Origin: a virus
Virus record (IMG/VR): IMGVR_UViG_3300046167_000815
Span: 15,212 to 79,211 of that record
Direction: 5' to 3' (one strand)
DNA: 64,000 nt
A model generated the notes under the pieces. That model saw nothing but the letters and a program-made list of their open reading frames with translations. It did not search any database and was not told the origin of the DNA. The stretch's first letter is position 1. Each line of letters starts with the position of its first letter. A program made the translations under genes and the position numbers. Of the stretch, positions 22,201 through 33,200 are shown in pieces.

Positions 22201-24251
22201 AAGCAAGAGAAGAAGACCCTACTAATTCTGACGAAGATTTAGTAGACGGTATGCTAAAAACTTTAGATACTTATCCTGGTTTACTTACATTAATAAAAGA
22301 AAGATTAGAAGATAAAGGAGTCCCTACTGAGGGCATTACTGTTGCTCAAGAAATTCAACTAAGAGATTCTGACGGAACTATGTTAAGTAATTTCTTTAAG
22401 GAAATAGCTATTTTAAAGAAAGAAGTAAAAGCCATGGAAGAAGCCATGGGAGATACTTTTAAAGCAGACTCGGCAGATCAATTAGGACAAGTACAATCTA
22501 AAGAAGGAGTTCCTGTTTTAGATAAAGATGTAATAGAAGATGATGTTTCAGAAGCTCTTTCTAAGGGAAAACAAGTTACTGATAAGATAACTATTATAAA
22601 CACTTTTGATAAAAAAATAGAAGCAGGAAAAACTGTAAAAGGAGAGGACGGAAAAGCTGTTAAACATTCTGTAAATAAACAGTACTATCCTTTAGATGCT
22701 AATAAAGTTAATGATCCTGATTTTTTAAATAATCTAGAACTTACTTCAGAAAAACGTAATTTTACTTTTAGAGTACAAAAAGACAACCCTTATAACGATA
22801 CTGCCAGTGTAGAAAACATGGCTATTGAAGTTGTTTATATAGATCCAGTAACACAAGAAGAAACATTTATTTCTAGATTACCTGCTTATAAAAAAGGAAT
22901 GCCTAAACAATTGTTAGAGCTTAGAAAAGAGGTAGTAAAAAGATCAGAAGTTACAGAAGATGTTAGTGAAGACAACGTCAAAAGAATTCAAGAAATAAAA
23001 GCTAGAAAAAAAGAAATTAAAGAAGAGCTTAAAAAAGAACCTAAAACTCCTGCTTTAGAACCTATTATTTCTACAAATGAACTTGCTCTAGAACAAGAAA
23101 AAACTGCTCTTGAAGAAGAACAAAAACTTGATAGTCCTAATGAAAAAATTATAGCAGGGCATAAAACTCGTATTAAAGAATTAGAAAAAATAATTAAAGA
23201 GTCTAAACCAACACCACAAACTAGTAAGGTTGAAGCTAATAAAAATATTTTAAATTCAAAGTACTTACAAGAATTTGGAATTAAATGGGAAGATAAACCT
23301 TTTCCTGGTGATATTATAGAGTACAATGGTTCTTATTATAAAGTTGATTATTCAGAAAATCAGGAGCTAACAGGGAATGAAATATTAAGTCTTGCAGAAG
23401 ATGGTTTAATTGAATATACAGGAGTAGCTGAAGTTTACAAAAATGAAACCTTTGACTTATTACCTTGGAATATTAAAAAAAATAAAGATGACGTTAATGA
23501 AAATCATCCAACGGGTCCTTTGTTTTCTGTTCCTTTAGAAATACTTGTTGATAGAGCTAAGTTTACAAAAATAAAAAAAGGAGAAGAAAGCACTTCTATA
23601 GATACTTTTTATGAAGAAGCTACTATAGTAGAACCAACACAACCAACTAGTGAAGTTGAATTACCTATAGGTACAGAAGTAAGAGTTGAAAATGAAGAAG
23701 GTACATGGTTTATTTCAAAATATGTAGATGTAACCTATTTAGGAACAGAAAAAATTGATAAAGCAGCGATAGTAACTAAAAACTTAGGAGATAATACTGA
23801 GATGTTAGAGGTCGTGTTAAAAGATTATAAAGTAACTCCTGCTACTCAACCAATTGCTGAAGTAACAGAAGAGACAAATCAGATAAGATTAGAGTTTGAA
23901 GAATTTACTGATAATGCTACAGTTAAAGTTGTAAATAACAAAAAAGAATTAGCAGAAGAGCTAAACTCCCTTACAAAAGAACTTAAAGAATTAATGGGAG
24001 ATATATCTCCTCAAATAAATTTAAAAGAAGAAAGTGTTTTTGAATACATTTCTGATCTAACACTTATAGAAGACACTAAATTAAAAAATAGCAAAGAAAC
24101 AGAATTAAAAAAGAATTTTGGAGAGGATAATGTTGAAAGAGCAAATGCAATTAATGCAAACTTTGATACTATTATAGAAGAAATTAATAAAAGCGGAATT
24201 AATATCTTCTTTGATCCTAAAACAAATAAGCATCAAAATGGTTGTGATTAA
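19221..24251 (+). CDS. Large virion protein of the vRNAP cluster
   Basis: 1676 aa with hydrophobic Gly/Ala segments and an EGFEELSQG motif, directly upstream of the vRNAP. Confidence 0.65.
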   Translation: MEEEEYLDDSKKVEVKGVETAPIAEEVIKPVEDIVVDIEEPKKTKPKATSTKDTTEPIVDTTSKIEEEVQTKDIFDGLRKKPFPAAMEFSTPKTQQEAFSRQLGSRAAAPTTSTIKGFTGIIDYDALQEVYAPVDLAVGIPDPQERESFIASNGSKMVKLFNENDFGVKFESDLADLAKYKEKQYPLAVKKFIDDLDANQGWMAESMLTLTKFIGKIAVGVPATMLASVYGAGSALVNWDSRKFYDNAVMDAAELLDQSVDKYTAIYGGSDVFDFEINPDTGIYEFKQKDFLARMASDPLKSINADVVPAAAFIADMVISESAFGALTAATGGLATGGLAVNTARLANKAKQLSGWATRTGQYSKANRILRGIDKVDDVKAAADIAEKTQRYRSAFGTIGSMYRSSAYESALIARDTDKHTLELLISQHKEREGTEPTKLDLIRYKELAKSAGEQAYGLNAILVGGSNLIQFPRLLTKNYKVASSRKGVFDSLKLGGTQFKNGKHIANVDAKKYLKTLGYTKAAIKGGITEGFEELSQGALEEGLVDYFASKYSEDSNRNALELINAVTNKASTYLNTVEGRDSVTIGAMMGMLGIRVPFVKKSDSKLGFSLTTKGFGGARQEIQETRKKIKEARSNAELLNSDLNFNPVLSTTFENSMRHIQSQKNMDAAANNGDTYRYKNSEFDSLFSLVHTRTKNGLEDTIAQELDGALEMPIEKFNETYATKGVENYTEETRAQAVESAKNTAAKMVESIKSVEALLANKKPDLLTRAAEEAWLAITGKEAKTTLDLSQVEQGIKDQMVYLHAAVENTSKREAELLEQIREKTGHSFPLSTLDRLLTQVSGIRIEDGKLTFSNRAQQVKEEVLKEYENLLDSYKKEDPVNYNMNVAEVSDLLDDVLKLKIRRGEASRMYRELFTEKGSKAFADFAVALSIAADKNRNKIAKEDIIEKEVQESRNATLSRQQKNELSVFGNTDIVDAKINSDTVNGIKEIQAREEDPTNSDEDLVDGMLKTLDTYPGLLTLIKERLEDKGVPTEGITVAQEIQLRDSDGTMLSNFFKEIAILKKEVKAMEEAMGDTFKADSADQLGQVQSKEGVPVLDKDVIEDDVSEALSKGKQVTDKITIINTFDKKIEAGKTVKGEDGKAVKHSVNKQYYPLDANKVNDPDFLNNLELTSEKRNFTFRVQKDNPYNDTASVENMAIEVVYIDPVTQEETFISRLPAYKKGMPKQLLELRKEVVKRSEVTEDVSEDNVKRIQEIKARKKEIKEELKKEPKTPALEPIISTNELALEQEKTALEEEQKLDSPNEKIIAGHKTRIKELEKIIKESKPTPQTSKVEANKNILNSKYLQEFGIKWEDKPFPGDIIEYNGSYYKVDYSENQELTGNEILSLAEDGLIEYTGVAEVYKNETFDLLPWNIKKNKDDVNENHPTGPLFSVPLEILVDRAKFTKIKKGEESTSIDTFYEEATIVEPTQPTSEVELPIGTEVRVENEEGTWFISKYVDVTYLGTEKIDKAAIVTKNLGDNTEMLEVVLKDYKVTPATQPIAEVTEETNQIRLEFEEFTDNATVKVVNNKKELAEELNSLTKELKELMGDISPQINLKEESVFEYISDLTLIEDTKLKNSKETELKKNFGEDNVERANAINANFDTIIEEINKSGINIFFDPKTNKHQNGCD

Positions 24252-24255
24252 TTCG

Positions 24256-24263
24256 TATATTTG
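24256..24263 (+). promoter_or_regulatory. Bacteroidota -7 element upstream of the vRNAP gene
   Basis: TATATTTG in the 31-nt intergenic gap. Confidence 0.55.
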
Positions 24264-24282
24264 CTAGGATAAATCGTTTATT

Positions 24283-27200
24283 ATGGCTTGTAGATATTTT
24301 GTTGGTGGTTACTCACTAACCGAAGCACAATTTAAAAAAGTGCTTAATGATGGTCTTCTAGATCAATTACTAGTTAAACAAGGTATTGAAATACCAGGGT
24401 TTAATATTAAAGAGGAGTTTATAGAAAGTACTCTTGAAAGTGCTAAACAAGGTCCTGTAGAATTAAGAGTAGTATCTAAAATAAACAGTAAGAAGCGAAT
24501 AAACAATCAATTAGAAAAAGTAAGCTACACAGAAGGAGACGTTATAGGCGGGACTAATAGAAGAAGTGCTGCACGTAAATTAACTACTGTTATAAAAGAA
24601 GCTAACGATCAAATTAAAAAAGAAAATAAAAGGTTAAATAAAAAAAGAAAACCAATAGACCTCATACTGGTAACTTCTGTTGGAGGTAAACTACAATACG
24701 GAGAAAATATTTCTAAAAAAGTAGTACAAGAAATAGAAGACAGTCCTTATGTAAATCTAGAAGATGGTTTTATATATATGCTGGTTCCTAGTTCTTACGG
24801 TTTATATCCAATAAGATTAGAGTCCCGTTTCTTAGGAGAAACAAATGTAGGTAGCCAAGTAAAAGAAAACGTAAAAAAATTATTTACTGAAACAGACAAC
24901 AAAGTTTTTGACAATATTGCAAAAAATATAAGTAGGTTTTTATATAAAACAACAATAAAAAAGACTCCTGAAGGAGTTAATATAACTACTACTAAAGCAG
25001 ATAAAGAACAAGTATCAAAGACTTTTGAAACTGCCGAAGAACTAATTACTTTTATTTTAGGAGACCGAGCAGGTAAAAAACTAAACAAAGATAAAGACGG
25101 CAACCTTAGTACTAATAAAGGTTTATTGGCTCATGTAAACAGTTTAAAAATAAACAATAATGTTAAAGACCCTAATTCTTTATCTAATGATTTTTATGCT
25201 AACAATGAATTTATAACTACAGATGTCTATACTGAAGGAGGTAACTTTTTTAATAGCAGTAGTTTTGTTGTAGAAGCATTTAATCCTACAACCCAAACAA
25301 CAAAAGTATTAGGAGAGATATTAAGCAGCTCTATACCTGTTAAAGAAGAAAGTGAGGCTAGCTCTAAAATAGTTAAACCTATTGTAAAAGAAGAAACTAA
25401 AGAAGACGAACTTCCAATTAATAATAAAACAATAGAAGAAGTACAAGAACTTCAATCTATTTATATACCTATAGAAAACTCTAATTTACAATATAGAGTT
25501 TACGTAAGAGCTAAAGAAAATACTTTAGAAATGTATGAAGTAGAAAAAGGAAGTTTAGTAGCTGTTCCTAATTCTAATGCAAAAAAATGGAAAGTATCTT
25601 CTAAGGCAAATTCTAAAGAAACTAGTATTGCTCGTAAAGAAGCAAAGCCTAAGTTTGACGAACTTAAAAAACAGTTTGGTACAAAAGATACTACTACTCC
25701 AGAAGGAGGTATATACCAAGATCCTAAAACTGGAGAAGATGTAGGAACAGGTTTGTTTGATAATCCTATTGTTGAAGAAACAGAATCTACTCCTGAGACA
25801 GAAACAAACATATCAGGAATATTTGATTACGGAGAAGAAGGAGATGTAGGGGAAGATTTAGATATAAAACCACGTACTCGTACTGTAGATAATAAAGAAA
25901 ACGCTGTACAATGGGATAAAGAAAAAGAACTTAAATGGTTAATAGATAAACTAGGCAGAAAAGTTCTAGATGGAAAAGTATCTTTATTTAATTCTGTAGA
26001 AGACTTAGAATCTTATTTGCCTAAAGAAACTTACGAAATGCTATTAGAAGCACGTAAAAACGGAAAGTTTCTTAACGGTTTGTTTACTAAAGCAGGAATG
26101 TACATATCAAACAATGCTTTTGATGGAACAGGTTTTCACGAAGCATTTCACGTAGTATTTAATCTAGGGCTTAACTTAGAACAAAGAATTAGTTTATTAA
26201 ATGAAGCAGTAGAAAAATACTCTGACGAAATCTCACCAGAAGCTACTTTAATAAAAATAGAAGAAGTACTTGCAGATAAGTTTATGGAGTACGTACAAGC
26301 AGAAGGAGAAGTAAAAGGTCTTGTAGGAAAAATAGGCAAATGGTTTAAAGCTATGTTTAGAGGTTTTAAATTATTTTTTAATAAAAACTCTGTAGTTTCT
26401 ATATCAGATTTGTTTAGTGATATTCAATTAGGTGTTTATAAAAACAAAATTACTTTTGAAAATACGGACTTAACTAAAATACATCCTGAAAATATTAAGC
26501 TGCGTGAAACAGAAAATACTAATAAAAGTAATAACGATCCTATACCAGAGTTAGATCCTAGATTAAAAAAAGATGCTTTTCAATATATGGAAAACAGACT
26601 TTTTCAAGAACTAGATAAAATAAGAGAAGAAAACGCTGATTTTAAAAATTTATCAGATTCTGAATTAATTAATGAAATATCTAAACAAGGAGGTATAAAA
26701 CGTATTTACGGGGTGCTTCTTTATAGAATGTCCCTGGACGCTAAGGCTAGTGCAAACGCAGGTAAAGATATTTCTAATTTATTAGAAATATGGAATGCGT
26801 TTACAAATAACAATAAAGCAATAGAAAAAACAATAATTGCTGGAAAAAGAATGCCTATTTTTAAACTAGGCCTTACTCCTTTAGCTAAAGAGTTTAATCG
26901 TTCTTTACGTAATAGAGGTATTAATATTAATTTAGATTCAATAGAAGACTTAAAATATACTTTTACAGAAGAAGAAGAAAATTCTTTTGCTAAAGATGTA
27001 GAGAATAGCACTGCAGAAGAGCGTTGGCAACAAGCTTATATAGAAATAAATCCACAAGAAACTTTATCTCAACTTACTAGAAGAAGACTAAGTACTATTC
27101 CAAAAATGATTATAGTAGACGGAGAAGAAGTGAGAGCTACTAATAGATTAGGAATTCCTATTAACTATTCTGAAAAAGAAGTATTTGCTTATTTAGCCCA

Positions 27201-30200
27201 TAATATTACTGATTCTTATAGTCCTTCTAAAATGGTAAATAGACTAAAAGAATTGTCTGACAAAAAACCTTTTATAGAAGAGATTTTAAATATGATACAA
27301 AAGTATCCTAATTTTAAAAATTCTTTGTACACTACTTTGGCTTCTAAAACTTTTCAAAAGTTTTTAATGGTTTTAGAAGTAGATGGAAATTACAGAACTT
27401 TTTATTCTAACAGAAAATCTATAGATAATCTTATTACAGAAACTATGATTAACGGTTTTGTAGTAGATGAGAATCCTCTTTTTGATAAACACGATAGTGA
27501 AAGTGAACTAAAAGGACAAATAGATTTTGAAACTCCTATTAAGAAAAAAGTATCAGAACAAATTGCTAGATTAAATAGTCTAACAGAGCGTAGTAAGGTT
27601 ACTACTACTAAAGAAGAAATAACTGATTTTATTAGTGACTTTGCAAAATTTTTAAAAGACAATCATTTAAGTGTAAGTGAAGATCAGTTATTAGAAATAT
27701 GGAATCCTGATACAGAAAATACTAAATCTAAATGGAATAATATTGTAAAATTACTTAGTAGTACTGGTAAAATATTTAAAGAACTTGAGCAAGGTAGAAA
27801 TCCTTTTTTACAAATGCGAGTGTCGGACGACAGTGTATTTAAAAATGTATTAAAAGAATTTGTATTTAGAGCAAAATCAGGAATGGAAAAAGACCTAAGT
27901 ATTGCTTTTGTAAATGGAAATAAAAAAGCAGTATACGCAGTTCAATATTCTAATTACTTAAATAAACTAATTTCTAAATTTAAAAATCCTAAAGATTTTA
28001 AAGAATACAAAGCAGAAATAGCAAACGATCCTTTGCTTAGTAGTATGCCAATGATTACAGATCTTTTAACCGAAGAAGGAGAGGCTTCTCAGTTAATGGA
28101 TAATTTAGAAACAGTTATTTTTGATTCTTTAGCAAGAAGCGGAAAAAATACAAATGTAGACTATTCTGATTTGTCAGATATTGAAATAGAATCTATGGCA
28201 ATGGCGGCCTTTTTTAAACAAGGTAACAAAAGCAACTATGGTTATTACAAACTTCCTATTCCTGCAGATAACTCTGTATTGCCTCTAATTCAATATAAAA
28301 AATATGACTTTAAAGAAGTCGTAGATAGATTTGTTCAAGTAGCCAATGCAGAAAGAAAAAGAATAAATTTCTTTAAAAATTTACCAGAAGACTCTTCTCT
28401 TCTTTTAATAGAAAACTTTAAGAAGAACGCAGGTAAATATCATATATTAAACTTTTTAAATGGCAAAGTATCTGAAAATACTAGTGTTGATGATATTAGA
28501 ATTATAATAGAAGACCATTTACTAACAGAGTTTTTAGAGTTACAAAAAGAAAAATATAAAGATGCGGGCATAATAAAAGAATACGAAAAGGGCCCTAATG
28601 GTAAAATTACTTTTACTGATGGAGTAATTAGTAAAAGCCAAGAAAAAAATTCTTCAGAGTTCTTTAAAAGTTATTTGTTTAATTCATATTTAATGAATAC
28701 TCAAATGACTACTATTTTTGCAGGGGACCCTGCTTTTTATACAGGCACAGGAGATTATCAAAAAAGATACAAACAAATAGTATCTCCTGGAACTTTTACT
28801 AATTCTGAAATTATATATGATAAGTATTCTGGTTTAGTATTCAATGATGAAGTAGCTCCTACAGAATCTTACGTTGTAGATAATATTATAGATTTAGTAA
28901 GAGCTTCTGATCTGCCTGCAGAAAACAAAAAAGAATTAATAGCTAGATGGGAATCAACTAGAAGTACTACTTCTGATAAAGGCCATAATAATCTTACTGA
29001 TGCGGCTACTTTTATATCTTTAGATAGAGCTAAAAATATTTTAGTATCTCTTGATAGATATACTCCAGCACATAAAAAAGCATTTGAAAGAATAAAAAAA
29101 GGAATTGAAAAACCAGAAGACTCTGCTTTGTTTAGTGTCTCAAAACCTTTTATGTTTAGTAAGATGAATATAGAAGGAGTAGAAGTTCCTATTCAAATTA
29201 AAAACTCAGAAGTACTTTTAACTAAAGCACTTGCATATAAAAAAGATGCAGACGGAAACTTTATGCGTCCTAAACTAGTAGCTGCTTACGATTTATTAAA
29301 CAATCCTAAACCAGATGGTCCGCAAATAGATTTTATTGCTTTTGAATCTGCTGTAAAAGTAGGAGCTATAGGAAGTAAACTAGACGAAGAAGGAAACGTT
29401 ACATATAATGAATTAGTAGAAGATGATGAAGGCAAACTAATATTAAACGGACCTCCTGCTATTGTTACTTTAGACCATGCAGACTGGAGACTTCAACAAG
29501 AAGTACCGCCTAAATACGAAGATGCTTCTGGTAACTTTGGTAGCCAATTACGTAATCTAATTATAAGTGATATGTCAATGGACGGCATATACAAAATAAA
29601 TAAAAAAGATTATACAGGAAGAGAAGTAGCAAGAATGTATCAAGATCTTATAGTAGAAAATCTACAAGAGTCTTACGAAGATGTAGAAGAAATGTTCCTG
29701 GACGAAGACGGGGAAATAGACTATAAAAAAATTACTACTCATTTAAGAGCAGAAATTACAAGAAGAAACTTAGGAGAAGAATATTTTAAAGCAATAGAGC
29801 TTGTAGATAATGTTCGTAAAAATAAAAAAACACCTACTTTACCTCTTTGGCATCCTTTAGTTTCTTATAAAGTAGAAAGCCTTCTAAACTCTTTCTTTAA
29901 AAATAATGTTACCAAACAAAAAATTAAAGGAGGAGCAATGGTCAATGCTACTTCTTACGGAGTATCTGAAGAACTAGAGTTCTACATAGATAAAAACGGT
30001 AATTATTTAATGGAAGCTTTGCTGCCTTGGTGGACTAAAAGATTCTTTCCTAAAAATAAAGATGGCGAGATAGATTTAAAAACACTGCCAAAAGAATTAA
30101 CAGCGCTTTTAGGTTACCGTATTCCTACTGAAGATAAATACTCTATGTTTAATATTAAAGTAGTAGGGTTTACGGATTCAGCAGCAGGAGGTACTATTAT

Positions 30201-33200
30201 TCTTCCTCAAGAAGCTACTACTCAAGCAGGACTCGATTTTGATATTGATAAACTTTCTATGATTATTCCTGAGTACAGAATAACAAAAGAAGGTAAAATA
30301 GAATACAAAAAATATTTAAATGAAAATTCTTCTGCTGAAGAAATTGTGGACGCTATTTTTGACAGTAATAGTTCTTACGAATCTTTTGTTAATAAGTATG
30401 TTCCAAAAAGCAGTCAAAAAAGAATACTAAAGTTAAAAGAAGAAGCTGATCAAGATATTTTTAATTCTGTTTTATCAAGAAACAACTGGAAAAAAGATGT
30501 AGGTTTTACAGAGATTGTAACAGAAATAAAAGATTTAACAGAAGAAAGTAAAAAAGAAACAGACCCTGTAAAAAAAGCCGCTCTTAAAAAACAAATTAAT
30601 TCTTTACGTAATAAAGTATACGAAGAAAAAGATTTATTTGATGCAGGTGTTAATACTGCGCATGAAAGATACAAGACTCTTAAAAAAGATATAGCTGGTT
30701 TTGTAGAAACGATTTCTAAAGACGAATACGTAGACTTTAATACTAAAGCAACACGTAATAATCAATTATTACAAATAATGATTGGTATTATGGAAAATAA
30801 AGAAACGGCTCTTTCTATTATTGACTCTGGTAACTTTGATAAGTTAATAGAATTAGGAACTAGTACTAGAATACTACAACTACCAAAAGATTCTAATCTT
30901 AAAAAAGAAGGTATAGATATTTTAAAAGATTTTAAATCTGGAAAAATAGATGTTTTACAATATAGAGAACTACTTAAAGATTTTTCTAAAAAATTAGATG
31001 ATAAGGATTTTAATATAAATTATCCTTCTACACAATTGACTTTGTTTAGACGTAATATGACAGGTAAAAAGCTAATTGGTATTTTTGCAAATCATAATTC
31101 TAATCATGCTAAAGCACAATACACAAATCTTGCTTTGAATTCAAGTGTTAAATTTGATGGAATAGAATACAACAGTTTAAATAATGTAAAAAATTCTGAA
31201 GGAGAAAGAATATCTAAATCATTAGCAATTAAATTAGCTGCTGTTGTAGACAACGCTCAAGAACCTGTATCTGCTTATTTAAATATGAACACTTACACGG
31301 CCAATGTAATCGCATACTTATCTAGATTAGGAGTTAAAGAAGATACTATTTTTGCTTTTGTTAATCAACCTTCAATTGTAGAACTTACAAAAGAGCACTT
31401 TAACGAAAAAGGATCTGCTGCAACAGAAAAAAATAGAGTAGACAAACACATTGCACAGCTAAAAGGAGATTTAGGCATCAATAATATTAGTTTAGATTCT
31501 ATAGAAATGGAAGAAGGGAATCTAAATTTAAAAGAATTGCAAGATGCTTTAGATAATAATAACTCTAAAGAAACATTAATTACTCAGTATAAAGCGTTAG
31601 TAGCTTTTAAAGATCATTACAATATAGCAGAAGAATTAAGCCAAATAACGCAAGCTTCTAAAGTAGATACTCAACCTGTAGGTCCTTCTAATGGAGAAAA
31701 CTATGTAATGATTAATAAACAACAAAGAGTATTAAATAGAAGTAACTCTATGATTACAGGTAAAGAAGAATTATTTTTTACAGAATCAGAGCAATTAATT
31801 AATCCTGCTTTTAATAAATATGGATGGTTAAAACCTTTAGGTATTTTAAATAAAGTATTTCCTTCTATAGGAAAAATTTCTACAGAAACAGGTAGTATAC
31901 AATACTCTATGCTAGGAAAAATAAAAAATTTCTTTTCTGATTTAAAAACAGATTTTAATTTAACAGCTTCGGAAGCACGCCAGGTAGACAGTCTGTTTAT
32001 GTCTTACATAGGGTCTAAACTTCCTTTCTTTAATTACAAAGATGCTACAAGAGTTTTAAATGAAGTTCCTGATACATTGCGTAAGTACAAAGAAGAAAAC
32101 CCAGATTCTATTTACATGCCGCTTTTAGAAGCTTTGTATACTAAAGATGCTACAAGAACTGTTCCTGTACGTAGAATAGAATACTACAATACAGGTAAGA
32201 AGAGTTTAGATCATGAAGAAGCAAGAGCAGCTTGGAAACAAATGCTAACTGCAGAAAATGCTAAAGACAGAAAACTAGCGTTAGATTTAGTTAAATATAC
32301 TTTTTTCTCTAATGGATATAGTTTTAGTTCTTATTCATTCTTTAATATGATTCCTGTAGAGTTTTGGAAAGACTCTTTTGCAAAAGAAGATATTAATAAA
32401 GGAGTAGGACTTTTAGACGAAAACAATAATAGTTTTAATGATATAGCTGAATTAGTTTTTGAAGATTTAAAAAACGAACCTGCGGTAGGAGTTGACGGTT
32501 ACATAACACAATCAGGCGCTGTATATAATTTTATTAAACAGTTTATACAAAATACTGCAGAAAAATCTATGGTAGTACCTTCTTTAAATTTAAAAGAAGA
32601 TACTCCAAGAGGATTTACTCCTAAAAAAGGAGTTTTAAAATTAGCACCTGACGAAGTATTTGTTTTTGGAACTACACAAGAAGGAGCTCATAATATAGAT
32701 GCTGCAGGGTTTGCTTTTAGCGGAAACGCTACAACAAATAAATCTTTGTATAAAAAAGGAGACACAGGTAAATGGACTCAATACGGTATAACGGGTCAAA
32801 TTACACTTGGTACAGAAGGACAAGGATTTGGTATAAGAATGCAAAAAGCTACTTTTAAAGATGGGTCTTTAGAAAAAATAGAAGGTCCTAAACAATTAGA
32901 AGAAGCTGAAAGTAGAAAGCTTATAACATCTATGAAATCTGATTTAAGAAAATTAATTAAAGCAGCTAACGAAAATAATAATAAAACTTTTATTGTAGGA
33001 AATTTAGATAATTCTACTAATGATACAGGAAGAACAAGTTTTAAAATTATTAAACAAGCTTTAGAAGAAGTTAACAAAGAAGCTATGTTTCCTGAAAATG
33101 TAATTTTTCCTGAAAAATACGATCCAAGGATAAATAACAATAGAAAAATTGTAAAAGTTGATAATACTCAAAGTTTAATTATTAGAAAAGCAGCTCATCA

